Virus record (IMG/VR): IMGVR_UViG_3300033068_001989
Span: 32,001 to 96,000 of that record
Length of the DNA stretch: 64,000 nt
Origin: a virus
Lineage: Duplodnaviria > Caudoviricetes
Direction: 5' to 3' (one strand)
The first letter of the stretch is position 1. Each line of letters begins with the position of its first letter. The notes under the pieces were generated by a model, which was not told the DNA's origin, made no database searches, and was given only the letters and a program-made list of their open reading frames with translations. Below, piece by piece: positions 19,001 to 29,337 of the stretch. Position numbers and translations under genes: made by a program.

Positions 19001-21602
19001 GTATCACTCCAGTTACACCAGTTGGTATCTGAAAATATTTATAGGTTTCAGGAGTCGGTGTATATGCATAATCAGAGCTCCAAAAATCAAAATCAAACTC
19101 TTTTACATCAAAGAAACTAAAAACTCCAATTGACATCTTCGCTGATCTGTATACATTGAATGATCTATCATATCCTAAATCGATAACTATATTATCATCG
19201 ATATTTAGAACCATACTATATGTAAAATTCTCAAATCCAGTAATTTTTGAACTTATTGGATCTATCTGTGGACTGTCCACGTATTTTGTTATTGAATTTA
19301 CCTTGGTATATCCAGCTTTAGTATTTATAAAATCGCCAGGCTTTATAAAATCAAGATATTCAACGGGAAAAATTAATCTACTATCAGCTTTTTTTGTACC
19401 ACCTATAAATTTAACTGGACCTTCAAGAGATGATGCATCAACACCATTAATCTTCAGATAGCCATCATTAACAAATGTATTATATATTGCCCAGTTTGCG
19501 GAAGAAGAAGCATCATTAGGTGGGTAATATGAAGGAGAAACATTATAAATAGCATAATAATGTATCCCCATATACATAACAATATCCGAAGGATTATAAG
19601 TTTCGCTATTTGACCATTCACCTCTGAATTTAGAGACAAAATATTCATAGTCATCGAATACACCAATCGAATATGCATTGTTTCCATATTCGCCATAATC
19701 TCTAAGTCTTATTACACTAGAATTTAGATTTACACCAGCATCCCAGGTTACAGTATCAACTTCACCGAGTACACCGGAAAAAGCTGAAGCAATGTCACTA
19801 TTCTGACCAACTGCAGCATTAAAATAAAAGGATGATCCGGTCGAATAATATGATCCATCAATCCAAACAAGTACAGCAGAAAGGTCAGCAGAAGATATAA
19901 TATCATATCTCTTAGTACCTTCGATGTTATTACCATTTGGCCAATATAGTTTAAATACTAATGGTTTAGATTTATCATAATTCTTAAGAAACTCTATCTC
20001 AACATATGCTCTACCTGGGGTAGTTGCATGTGTTGCTGGAACCGTTGATATTTTTTCAGTTGTACCTGTAAAATTAAGAAGATCCACTTTTGTGTCATGT
20101 AGGACAAGACTACCCATGGTTGATACGAAATTAGATCCAGTAGTTCCAAAAGTTCCTGTTGCTTCGTCATAAGGACCGTATGCATATTTTGGCGAGTTAC
20201 CACCAAATTCAACATATCCCTCATCTCTCTTAAGACTGTAGAAATTATCATTCTTGTCAGTTATGTAATAGAGTTTTTCCGAATCAAGTATATTGACATT
20301 ATCAGATCCTGGCAATAATCCAGGACTAGTCCCATCAGTAATATCCTTCTCATAAAATAATCTAACACCAGAATCTGCAGTTATACCATAGCTATCGTTA
20401 CTATAATAATAACCAACGGAATCCCTGGTGGGTTTAGGAAGATTCTCGTTTCCTTCAAGATCTCTAAATTTATAATAAAATTCACCATTAGATCTGAATT
20501 CGTTTATATCGTTTCTAGAAACATACATACCAAAATATCTGTTTATAGAATACATTTCAGCATCCTCGTCATCGAAAAGAAATTCAAGATTCAATATATT
20601 AGGTGGGATTATTCCATTTCTAGAGAATCCCCCAGTCATATATGATTCAAAATCTACCATCCTATCGGATGCATCACTAGAAAAATACCCAGAAAGTATT
20701 TCACCTTTCTTGGTGTATATTCCTTCAGTTATAGAAACACCATTATAATAGGTGTACGAATCAGGACCCCAATTTACGTCAACTGGTGAATTTGTAAAGT
20801 TCTTATCAGCTACTATATTTCTTATATACTTACCAATTTTTGATTTCTCGGTAAGATTAAATGTTTTTACTACGGAGCAATTAGGTAATATTTTATCCTT
20901 AAATGTTGTCGAAACATCATCAACTAAATCTATATTATATAGCTCATCAAAAACACAAACTATACCAGATCCACTAACTATATCATAGGATTCATATTCA
21001 CTGCTTCCTGTAAACACTGATCCTGAATTTATAAATATAGGTTCACCAGATCCTGTTTTTCCGTATGATATTATAAAATCAGAATCGCTATCATAATATT
21101 TAATAATCTTATAGTTTACCCCTGGTTTTATAACGGTTTCATTTTTTGAATAAACGTAGCTAAGAGGACCAGGAACTCTAAAGATAACAAAATAGTCAGG
21201 TATCTCATTTCTTATCCATAGAGGTGCAAAATAGCTAAAAGATTCATTATAATTCTTATCAGCCAAAGCTGATGCTCCACTACCATAGAAAAAATCATAT
21301 TGATCGGAAAATATTTTCGATACTTCCCTATCACCTCTAGTAAATCTTACACTATCAAATATTATATTACTTGCTAATTTTCCTTTATCAAAAAAATTAA
21401 ATATATCAAGGGCAAATGAATTTTCGCCTGTTATATTAAAATTTTTAAATCTATCGTTACTAAGTGTTTGGTTAGCATCCATAGAATTAAAAGAAACCTT
21501 ACCTCCAGAATCCACCGTTATCCTCAAATTTCCAGTTATTCTGGGATTTGTTCTTATAACGGAAAAGGAAGAATTATAATCAAAAAGTTTTGATTGAGAC
21601 AT
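16044..21602 (-). CDS. large virion structural (baseplate/tail-associated) protein, 1852 aa
   Basis: Long intact ORF in the tail cluster; contains a WSNSETYNPSDIVMY segment resembling CBM5/12; no precise family recognised. Confidence 0.6.
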   Translation of the reverse strand: MSQSKLFDYNSSFSVIRTNPRITGNLRITVDSGGKVSFNSMDANQTLSNDRFKNFNITGENSFALDIFNFFDKGKLASNIIFDSVRFTRGDREVSKIFSDQYDFFYGSGASALADKNYNESFSYFAPLWIRNEIPDYFVIFRVPGPLSYVYSKNETVIKPGVNYKIIKYYDSDSDFIISYGKTGSGEPIFINSGSVFTGSSEYESYDIVSGSGIVCVFDELYNIDLVDDVSTTFKDKILPNCSVVKTFNLTEKSKIGKYIRNIVADKNFTNSPVDVNWGPDSYTYYNGVSITEGIYTKKGEILSGYFSSDASDRMVDFESYMTGGFSRNGIIPPNILNLEFLFDDEDAEMYSINRYFGMYVSRNDINEFRSNGEFYYKFRDLEGNENLPKPTRDSVGYYYSNDSYGITADSGVRLFYEKDITDGTSPGLLPGSDNVNILDSEKLYYITDKNDNFYSLKRDEGYVEFGGNSPKYAYGPYDEATGTFGTTGSNFVSTMGSLVLHDTKVDLLNFTGTTEKISTVPATHATTPGRAYVEIEFLKNYDKSKPLVFKLYWPNGNNIEGTKRYDIISSADLSAVLVWIDGSYYSTGSSFYFNAAVGQNSDIASAFSGVLGEVDTVTWDAGVNLNSSVIRLRDYGEYGNNAYSIGVFDDYEYFVSKFRGEWSNSETYNPSDIVMYMGIHYYAIYNVSPSYYPPNDASSSANWAIYNTFVNDGYLKINGVDASSLEGPVKFIGGTKKADSRLIFPVEYLDFIKPGDFINTKAGYTKVNSITKYVDSPQIDPISSKITGFENFTYSMVLNIDDNIVIDLGYDRSFNVYRSAKMSIGVFSFFDVKEFDFDFWSSDYAYTPTPETYKYFQIPTGVTGVIHENVPYIVKQGQVEYNGIIYPQVSGSVAIASNLFYGVSGSTSIKNATPDLFKELVVMPAEYSDIYYSMLPNVIYGGTTGPSQFPVGYNNDLDTFNGFIGIQDLSPDPVSANASKIEIFNRGKLSTEYEYLNENYNADVANVSRIVPFINKWGYTDGTDARGNQYRLNSSPAFTPTNFSPSFDKNSSDSRYLTHEWFLLEQPPRDFPIGSMKDQNSYLPGKIDLSSAVDTSGDYLASYFTVEPSDYSPEFRDDTAYTKELFTTFSYNKSSGFYETLFRGAKVVLKKRSNLSNSVENSLDKYIPKYRNYEDYKFAAILRPIAEDDSYIQEPVKYRIIENQNQRFILFVCDVVMRDYKSLGVGYTGGTGGDPILDYTLLYSLNNKEKLRYPAVDGSFLYEISDIKLSAALDLSVGSGSVVNTNTGGKIGIISSSLYDTDLREEVHTFFSQNSSGATSGPSATGSGSFYVNQFSSLVTYPWPIGVGPDYLDFAKIVPAGTIVDFSPRPEYSFDIPFSTANPVVVPVGPQSVYRNKPVFQKSGGSSYYSSILQRISLSGISDRVNSSSKYIIYETYNDSGVIFNDFELHMDRPSKIVKTRGSKSNKYYGGPQTLGESVPTAYTIDSDLDLPSTLLRYSGGYEPIFRKILHFDRDKNDSISQYPLFDLSFRNCNFSPDKRYFGISRNLSFTKVSPDKNILSLSQNLPEGPVYPLVGQSPIWRKDFNVFSSSWDPGYYYRFTGPLVYDKVAGTRSMKEYKGFLGSKIMKTPDLLEFDNYITMQVIRGNSIYGTSDVSVINSQINSFLKPIQNIDTSNSGSGIGRSDPYNSGVDYDKLDLGLFPNLELVWQYFSDVNKVRGIIRLDRILSRYLLNDGIKQVFIDNIISEFGVGNPDSIDDDVSEYVKNNVSPLYMSDITDLYVKKTAVSNVNSSNNFTLVRGDLVTSDKYQLGYYNESDFKLTKVTNLIYTFEYNLDNNYEYSLLFNLGITKI

Positions 21603-21622
21603 ATGTCATTTATTATTTATTA

Positions 21623-24600
21623 TTAATTGGTACTAAGACCGCTATCAAAATTAGGAGCTACTAATGTATCATTTTTGTAAGATCCAGTAACCTGTATATC
21701 AAACGAGAATGAATCCTCATTTTGTACCTGTATATCAACACCTATTTTTTTAGTGTATGTTATATTTGATAGATTTCCAGATTTTCTCCATCCTCCAATG
21801 TATCCAAGTTTATCTACTGCTCTAAATTGAAATATTATAGGTACATTTATAGCGTTAGTTTCTCCAGTTCCCAGTGATAATGTGGATAAAGCAGTTGATC
21901 CTGATACCTGAAGAGATGATGCTGATTGCGGAGCAAGATATAAATATGCACCGCATGAATACTTACCAATTAGGAATTGGTCATTAACAGTAAATCCTAA
22001 CTTATCCGCATACATCGTATCCGTCCTAACATCGGTTGAGGTTAGAGCAAAATTAACAGGTTCTCTATATGATTGTTGAACCCAATAGTAATTCAGAGTT
22101 GTATCTCCCCAGAAAGTTTGAGTGTGTCTGAATGGCGGATAAACTTTACCATCCGTAACGAAAGGCTTAACCATATCAGGATAGCTTGTATACCCAAAGG
22201 TATTACCAACGCTAATTAAATATGGATGATCCTTATGTATACAGAATTCCGTTATGTACCCACCGCCGTTAGGTGCTCCTCCAGTACCAGATGAATATGT
22301 TCCATCCCAGATCGCACTATTTACTGGACCAGATTCTGGAGGTGTTGTAGATGTTGGGTTATATGGAATCATACATGATCCACTCTGAGGATAAGTTGCT
22401 GCAGGTGTACTCTTGGTAACCCCAAAATTTGTTGCAGAAACCCCGCTATATGAATTATTCTGAGCCGGATTTGAAAACAGTGTTGCTATATTAGGATCAC
22501 TCTGATATAGAGGCTGATCGTAACCGACTGTTTTATATCTAGGATATATGTACTGTGAAAATGCATTGGCCGAAGCAAATGGTGGTGCTTGTCTAAAAGA
22601 TTTATTATTTACTATAGAAGGATCAGCTAATGTTAATGCAGTAATTGATATAGGGCAATCGCCATATTTAAGATTCTCGTTATAACCAACAGGATATGAT
22701 GCGCTTGTGGTTGAAGGAGCCTTTTGTGCTAATCCTCCAGGTATAATGGAAGCAAGCTCAACACTAGATGCCTGCTGATTAAAAAGCTGTAAATTATATG
22801 TAAACGAAGCAGTTTTACCAGCATCAAATCCAAGGGAATCTGAAAATATATCGGCATAGAATCCGGCAGTTATTTTAACAGTAGATCCCTTAGAAACTTT
22901 AATCTTATTATTATTAGAGTCAAGTATATAAACCTCTAAAACTCCCTTAGCTTTAGATAGCTGAGATGTTAGAAGTGTTATCTGGTTCTGTAAATCCGTT
23001 ATTTTATCAAATAAACTTATTACTGTACCTGCACTAGTAAAGAATCCACTAGCTATACCAGTGGTATCATGATAATATGTACTATCTCCCGCTGTAAATT
23101 GCTGCGAAAGATGGGATGGTAAACCTTGGGAATCTAGGCTTCTTTGCATCTTCACTACAGCAGCATCCTGCGTATTAGCATTAAGTGTATCAGCAACACC
23201 GGTAACACTTAGACTATCAGGAAATTGTATGATAACAGATTCTGAATAATCCGACACAAGAGGATTTTCCGGCCATCCTGCCTCAGATATTGAAGATATC
23301 TGTATTTCGACTCTTTCTCCTTTTGTTATTGGTATATCTAATTGGTTAACATTCTGAACATTGGCATCAGATGTTACTTCTGCAGACCAAACATATATTC
23401 CTCTTGTTTCGTCGTATACTTTTTTTCTAATATCTGTTTTAAATTCAGTCCAGTTTGAGAATGCAGCATTCTTTTTTGCCCCATCATTATCAACGAATTC
23501 TATCTGCTCAGCTGGCTGAGATGCTCCTCCGTTACTAAGATATCTATATTTAATATTAAATTGTATAACCTCCTGAGGTCCTGTTGTTGGATCTATCTTA
23601 GGAGCAGGAAATGGCCAAAATCCTCTAACCCTGTATTTAGGAGCTTCCACTATTTGCGGTACATCCTTAACAAGAACGTTAACCTCATCAACAAGAGAAG
23701 CATACAATTGTGATTTTTTTGTTCTCTCGTCAATTAGACTGTTTAGATTAGCTCTTATCGAAGCAACATCAACTCCAGGTGGTGTTGTTATGTTACTATT
23801 GGTTATAATACCATCAAAATTTCTATTAGGTACATTTATACCATTGTCTGAGGAATTACCATAATCACTGGAATACTCCAATCTAGGTCTTCTTCTGTTT
23901 CCAGAAACACGTCTTGATAGTCCTGCATTAAGCTCCAATCTAGTCTCTGCTATGGCCTGGTCTAATGCATCAATTTCACTCTTTAGAGTTGTTTTAAGGT
24001 TCAATTTATCTTCAACCACTTTAACCGATGTTGAATCGGTAACCTGCTTGTTTATTTGAACAACCTTGAAGCTATCAGCAGTAACTAGAGGAGCATCCGG
24101 GCTAAGTCCCTGTATTGCTGGTATTTTATTTTCCTTAGCAGTACCAAGAAAAACCTTCCCTAGATCAGAAACCTCGTTTAAATAATACGTTTCAAGAGTT
24201 ACTAGCTCACCGTTTGAATTTTTAGTTTTTAGCTCATTACTCCAGAATACTATTCCTGTTGACCAATCAGCACTAACTATGTTAAAATTATCATCTATGG
24301 TTTTGAAAAATATACCTTGTCTCTCGTTATAACCAACATTAACCTGAACATATCTAGGACCAAAATCTGTAGATGATATGGATATACTATTTGCACCAAT
24401 CTGTATTGGCTGATACCCAGAAACTCTTTTAGCTTGTATAGAAGCCTGATCCTTATTAACTGACGTTATTTGATATAAACTACCATCCTGAGTAGCTATC
24501 TTATCATTAAGATCCAATGTTCTACCGTCCTTAACATTAGTTAGAGTGTCGGTATATGCTAGCTTATCAAGTTTATAATTTCTTCTAGTTTCCTGAAAGG

Positions 24601-25297
24601 AATTACCATTCTGGTCGGTCATTGTAACAGAATCATCATAATAGCTTATAACACCAAAATTACCGATATATCTTATGGTTCTTAAGGGAAGTTGAACTAT
24701 ATCCTCGTCAACGAAATATCCTATACCATTATCACCTAATATTTTTAGATACTGGTCATATGTTAGGTCATTTCTTCCCTTTATGTTTGCATCGAAATAT
24801 GCTTTCTGATCATCGGTCTGAGTATTTGCTATTACTCTTTTAACTACAATTCTATCAGCTGAATCTGATATTTGTCCAGTTACATTTATATTTATATAAA
24901 GAAGTGGACTTAGAAAACTTTCAAAAAACCAATTATCCTTAACAGAAAATGTACTTGGTATTGCAAGATTGGTTAGGCTAGGTGGATTTTTCAAAGTCTC
25001 AACTTTAAAAACCTGGGAATAAGTACCATCGGGATTTCTCACCGTCGATGAAGAATCACCTATACCGGCAAGGGATTTTATATTATTATCTAGCCTATCT
25101 ATTTCCCCTCTAAGAAACCCATATGATGGTATGTTTGCAGTTTTCGGTAATCCCTGCTCATCAAGTACTTCTATCGATACCGTATTATTTGTAGATACAG
25201 CAACCTGATTTAATCCATTGATAATCTCAAGTGAATTCTTCTGGAGTCTTAAAAACTGAGCTACTAAAGAACTTATTGTATTTTGTGTTCCTGCCAT
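21623..25297 (-). CDS. large virion structural protein, 1224 aa
   Basis: Coiled-coil plus beta-sandwich (FnIII-like) segments; tail-cluster context. Confidence 0.6.
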   Translation of the reverse strand: MAGTQNTISSLVAQFLRLQKNSLEIINGLNQVAVSTNNTVSIEVLDEQGLPKTANIPSYGFLRGEIDRLDNNIKSLAGIGDSSSTVRNPDGTYSQVFKVETLKNPPSLTNLAIPSTFSVKDNWFFESFLSPLLYININVTGQISDSADRIVVKRVIANTQTDDQKAYFDANIKGRNDLTYDQYLKILGDNGIGYFVDEDIVQLPLRTIRYIGNFGVISYYDDSVTMTDQNGNSFQETRRNYKLDKLAYTDTLTNVKDGRTLDLNDKIATQDGSLYQITSVNKDQASIQAKRVSGYQPIQIGANSISISSTDFGPRYVQVNVGYNERQGIFFKTIDDNFNIVSADWSTGIVFWSNELKTKNSNGELVTLETYYLNEVSDLGKVFLGTAKENKIPAIQGLSPDAPLVTADSFKVVQINKQVTDSTSVKVVEDKLNLKTTLKSEIDALDQAIAETRLELNAGLSRRVSGNRRRPRLEYSSDYGNSSDNGINVPNRNFDGIITNSNITTPPGVDVASIRANLNSLIDERTKKSQLYASLVDEVNVLVKDVPQIVEAPKYRVRGFWPFPAPKIDPTTGPQEVIQFNIKYRYLSNGGASQPAEQIEFVDNDGAKKNAAFSNWTEFKTDIRKKVYDETRGIYVWSAEVTSDANVQNVNQLDIPITKGERVEIQISSISEAGWPENPLVSDYSESVIIQFPDSLSVTGVADTLNANTQDAAVVKMQRSLDSQGLPSHLSQQFTAGDSTYYHDTTGIASGFFTSAGTVISLFDKITDLQNQITLLTSQLSKAKGVLEVYILDSNNNKIKVSKGSTVKITAGFYADIFSDSLGFDAGKTASFTYNLQLFNQQASSVELASIIPGGLAQKAPSTTSASYPVGYNENLKYGDCPISITALTLADPSIVNNKSFRQAPPFASANAFSQYIYPRYKTVGYDQPLYQSDPNIATLFSNPAQNNSYSGVSATNFGVTKSTPAATYPQSGSCMIPYNPTSTTPPESGPVNSAIWDGTYSSGTGGAPNGGGYITEFCIHKDHPYLISVGNTFGYTSYPDMVKPFVTDGKVYPPFRHTQTFWGDTTLNYYWVQQSYREPVNFALTSTDVRTDTMYADKLGFTVNDQFLIGKYSCGAYLYLAPQSASSLQVSGSTALSTLSLGTGETNAINVPIIFQFRAVDKLGYIGGWRKSGNLSNITYTKKIGVDIQVQNEDSFSFDIQVTGSYKNDTLVAPNFDSGLSTN

Positions 25298-25310
25298 TTT
25301 TGGTTATTTT

Positions 25311-27527
25311 TTATTGATTATTTGTTAAACTCTTTCCTATCACATCAACCTGGAATTTAAGATTGTTTGCATCTATACAAACTATATCAAAAACCGGCTC
25401 ATATTCATGTGAAGCAAATATATCATCATCAAAAGATATTATAGTTGTTGAATATGGTGATGTTGTTGGATTCGAAATAGGATACTTACCAAGAGAATTG
25501 GTAAGGACCTTTATTATATAACTTCCTGGGTATATCTTATCGCCGAACGATAATCTAAATCTTTGTCCATTTTTCCAATTAATAGAACCATCATTGATTC
25601 TTATTGTTAAATCTCCAGTTAGAGTTAATGGTGTTGAATTATTTACGTGCTTATAGTAATTAGAGAAATCTAATAGATTTATTATATTATCACCATTCTG
25701 AGTAAATGTACCAACGCCTAAAGTATCCAGCATATTAAAGTCCTGACTTGAATTAACAACAGTAACCTGATTTGGTGTTGATCTATCCAATATAACTCCA
25801 GGACCTTGTTTTAAAAGATCCAAATTATAGGAAACTTCCACACTTGTTTCATTGTTAATAATAGCTCTTACTAAATCATAATTTTGATTTATAAGACCCA
25901 TAACTGCTTGTGTATTATTAAAAAGAGCTTGATTAGCTGCAAATGCTTGTTCTAGTTGTGATATTCTTCTATCTATGTTTGTCGTAGTTGAAGATGATAA
26001 TGTTATATTTTCCAGATTAGTAACTCTATTACTAAGATCTATAAATTCAGTTGCAGCATTATTCAATGTCGAACTTGCATCCTGTAAGACGTTCATAGAA
26101 TCCATAAACATAGATAATGAGAACGGGGAATAATCATTTATTGCTTGTTCAACACCAGTCTGGTCTATATCAGTATCAAATTTAAGATTTATTTTAAATC
26201 CATATGAATTACCATTTAGCTTAGTTACTGGATTAGGTCTATATTTATCGAGTCTTGGTATAAACACATCACCGCTGGAAGTGTTAACATCATCAAGGAA
26301 TAGAACACCATATAAATTCGTTGCTGCTGTTGCTGGAGAAGCCGGATCATATACATCATAATATATAAGAATCGCATTAAATTCAAAGTCAGCAGAATCA
26401 GCTGTTGCGTTAAATTCTTCAAGTGTTGATATATTAGGATTACTGATTATACCCTGATATGAATTTGGGTCAAAATCTATACCAATAGAATCAAGTTTAC
26501 TTCTAACATATGTTACATCTACAAGACCATTGGATTTATTTATAATATAATTTGATGGATCAGTAAAAGCTGATTGTGAGTCAGTAAAATATGTATTTGG
26601 AGTATCTCTTGGTGAATACCAATTACCAGCATACCCTGTTCCCGTATAGGTATCAATATATGATGAGGTTGGAGAACCAAGAACATCATCATCAAATATA
26701 GCAAGATTAGTAAGTCCGCTAGGATTAGTTTCGTCGTAGTTTCTACCAAACAGATACTCATCATTTAAAGGATTCGATGGATTGTTTGTCCATTGGTAAT
26801 CTGGATAATAGTTTGTATCAACTACATTTTTAAATAATACAGTCGGTGAATTACCATCCTTTGTAGGAACATAAACATAAACCTCAGAATATGTATTGGT
26901 TGAATTTTTTACGGAATTCACAATATCAAGGCTACCTACGTATTGTACAACTCTATTATATCCAGCACCAGTCATACCATAAGATCCTGTTGTTCCTGCT
27001 GGAGCATCACCTTCAACATATCTCTTCTGTGTTACTGGCAATCCTGCAGAATCATATGTTACATTTGTCTGGTTTAAAGATCCAGAAACCTCAGTTGAAT
27101 TTGCGTTTCTCCATCTAATAGCTCCAATCTCTTTTAGCCATTTAAAGAATATTCTTTCAGATACATTTTGTTTAAGTGTTGAATCATACTCATCTGTACC
27201 AGTTATAGTGGATTCTATATTCAAACAATAACTTTGAAAACTCTGAGAGAAATCTATATTACCATTTCCTGTTATAATTACACCGGTATTATTTGCATAA
27301 TCTAGAAATGCACTATCCGGTGCATTCAATTTAACATAATTGGCAAATCCACCAGTAGTACCAGTGCCATCATCAAAGTTAGGTATATTTAGAAGTGCAA
27401 ACTTAGAAAATCTAAATTTATTGGATGTATTATTAAACGTGAACGAAAGATCCTCGGCAGAGGAAGAAAACGTATAAAAGGTACCACCCTGTACTTGGAG
27501 TGGCCTGATAAATGGGGTTTTTGCCAT
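25311..27527 (-). CDS. virion structural protein, 738 aa
   Basis: Tail-cluster context; internal coiled coil (LSNRVTNLE...ISQLEQAF). Confidence 0.6.
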   Translation of the reverse strand: MAKTPFIRPLQVQGGTFYTFSSSAEDLSFTFNNTSNKFRFSKFALLNIPNFDDGTGTTGGFANYVKLNAPDSAFLDYANNTGVIITGNGNIDFSQSFQSYCLNIESTITGTDEYDSTLKQNVSERIFFKWLKEIGAIRWRNANSTEVSGSLNQTNVTYDSAGLPVTQKRYVEGDAPAGTTGSYGMTGAGYNRVVQYVGSLDIVNSVKNSTNTYSEVYVYVPTKDGNSPTVLFKNVVDTNYYPDYQWTNNPSNPLNDEYLFGRNYDETNPSGLTNLAIFDDDVLGSPTSSYIDTYTGTGYAGNWYSPRDTPNTYFTDSQSAFTDPSNYIINKSNGLVDVTYVRSKLDSIGIDFDPNSYQGIISNPNISTLEEFNATADSADFEFNAILIYYDVYDPASPATAATNLYGVLFLDDVNTSSGDVFIPRLDKYRPNPVTKLNGNSYGFKINLKFDTDIDQTGVEQAINDYSPFSLSMFMDSMNVLQDASSTLNNAATEFIDLSNRVTNLENITLSSSTTTNIDRRISQLEQAFAANQALFNNTQAVMGLINQNYDLVRAIINNETSVEVSYNLDLLKQGPGVILDRSTPNQVTVVNSSQDFNMLDTLGVGTFTQNGDNIINLLDFSNYYKHVNNSTPLTLTGDLTIRINDGSINWKNGQRFRLSFGDKIYPGSYIIKVLTNSLGKYPISNPTTSPYSTTIISFDDDIFASHEYEPVFDIVCIDANNLKFQVDVIGKSLTNNQ

Positions 27528-27544
27528 TTTGTTTTTTTATTTTA

Positions 27545-28450
27545 TTATGCTGTTATATTACTAGATCCAAGAATTACCCAAGATCCGTTTTGTGTAGCTT
27601 GTCCTTTACCAACTCTAGGTTCCCATTGAAGAGATATAGAAGATCTATATGCCTTACCTGCAGGAGCAGTTATACCAAGTGAATTAAATCCACCGTATAG
27701 AGCTGATGTATTAAATCCAGTATAATAACTAGTAGATCCAGTAACACCTGTTACGATATACCCAGCGGATGCTGATGTATTGATAATTGTTATTCTTGTT
27801 CCAGCAGCTATATTAGGCACTGTTCCGCCTACAGGTGAAATACCATCACAAACTTTCATATAAAATCCAGGGGAAGCGCAATTAGCATATATAACGTCTT
27901 CCAATCCCGTTATTGCATAAGGAGCATTCACACTAGTAGCTACTCCACCACCACCTGACGTATTAGCAGGAAATGCCTGTCCCACGGTAGCACCATTAAC
28001 AAATGTTGTATTTTGGCTTGTTATTCTACCCTGTGGTCCCAATAAAAGAGCAGCATTTGCTCCCAATTGGCCATTGTAGGATGCTGTTCCGCCGATAGTG
28101 AAAACTGAACCAGATCCAAATGTAACAGTTCCGTTTGCTACTAAAGCACCAGATGCTGTAAATGTTGTTGTTTGAATACTTGCAAATGCTGCTGCTCCTG
28201 TGTTACTAATCGAAGCCGTTGCAGTTCCACTTGCTGGTAACGATAATGAATCAAATCTTCCTATTTTTGCTTGTACTTTACCAGTAGATGCAGCGGAAAG
28301 ATCCAATATTCCATTCGTTGTGTCTATTCCAAAAACACTAACATATCCATTTATCCAATTTTGGAGTATAAGAAAGTTAGAATTTATGGTTACTCTTGAT
28401 CCCGAAATAGAATCGGATCCTAAGATTTCATTAATGTTTACTGTTGCCAT
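27545..28450 (-). CDS. short tail fibre-like protein
   Basis: N-terminus ILGSDSISGSRVTINSNF relates to the GD...KINxNF motif of the three fibres; Gly/Thr/Ala-rich beta repeats. Confidence 0.65.
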   Translation of the reverse strand: MATVNINEILGSDSISGSRVTINSNFLILQNWINGYVSVFGIDTTNGILDLSAASTGKVQAKIGRFDSLSLPASGTATASISNTGAAAFASIQTTTFTASGALVANGTVTFGSGSVFTIGGTASYNGQLGANAALLLGPQGRITSQNTTFVNGATVGQAFPANTSGGGGVATSVNAPYAITGLEDVIYANCASPGFYMKVCDGISPVGGTVPNIAAGTRITIINTSASAGYIVTGVTGSTSYYTGFNTSALYGGFNSLGITAPAGKAYRSSISLQWEPRVGKGQATQNGSWVILGSSNITA

Positions 28451-28478
28451 TTTCTTTTTATTTGTTTTTTAAGTGAAA

Positions 28479-28486
28479 TATATATC
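28479..28486 (-). promoter_or_regulatory. putative late promoter GATATATA heading the leftward fibre run
   Basis: Motif 28 nt upstream of ATG 28450, in the intergenic region divergent from phoH. Confidence 0.6.
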
Positions 28487-28563
28487 TATGTTCAAATCAA
28501 CACTACAATTAAACTTCGGTGTTATTTGAAAAAGTTCTTATTAAACAAATAAAACAAAAACAG

Positions 28564-29337
28564 ATGCCAAGAAAAAAAGCAAAAAATGAACCGATTCAGG
28601 TTAAAGCTGAGAAAAATCAAGCTAGATCAACAAAGGTAACAAAAGCAGAAAGCTTACCTAAAGGACCAATTCTACAGAAGGAGGATTTCAATCACATTAA
28701 ATTCACAGATTCTCAGCTAAAGTTTTTTAGGACAATAGAGAATAACTTCTTAACAGTTTGCACCGGACCAGCAGGGACAGCAAAAACATTCGTTGCATGT
28801 TATGCAGCTCTGGATCTAATAAGAAAGGGAGAACATTCAAAAATAATTCTGGCAAGACCAGCTGTTGAATCCGGTGAGAATTTAGGATTTCTACCGGGAT
28901 CTGTTGATGAGAAAATAGCTCCTTATATGGAGGGGTATATTTCTAATATGGAAAAAATACTTAAAACTAAGGAAAAAATAAAGTTGATGACAGATACTAA
29001 AACAATCGACATGCAACCTTTAGCCTTTATGAGAAGCAGAACATTTGATGACACCATATTAATTCTAGACGAGGCACAAAATGCAGATCTTAGACAGATA
29101 ATGCTTGTCGTAACAAGAATGGGCAACAATTCTCGTATAATTATATGTGGGGATATAACACAATGGGATCTAAAAGCAAGAAAAAAAGACCTACTCACAT
29201 TTTCAGAGAAAATAGCAAAAGGAGTAGGCCAATGTGATTCTTTCGTTTTCACTAGGGAAGATATAGTTAGAAATCCAATACTTATAGAGCTTACTGACAA
29301 CTATGAAAAATACAAGGAGGAAAACAATTTAGATTAA
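28564..29337 (+). CDS. phoH: PhoH-family ATPase
   Basis: GPAGTAKT, ARPAVESGENLGFLPG, LAFMRSRTF, LDEAQN, TRMG, GDITQWD and DIVRNP; ATG at 28564 preferred over GTG at 28519. Confidence 0.95.
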   Translation: MPRKKAKNEPIQVKAEKNQARSTKVTKAESLPKGPILQKEDFNHIKFTDSQLKFFRTIENNFLTVCTGPAGTAKTFVACYAALDLIRKGEHSKIILARPAVESGENLGFLPGSVDEKIAPYMEGYISNMEKILKTKEKIKLMTDTKTIDMQPLAFMRSRTFDDTILILDEAQNADLRQIMLVVTRMGNNSRIIICGDITQWDLKARKKDLLTFSEKIAKGVGQCDSFVFTREDIVRNPILIELTDNYEKYKEENNLD

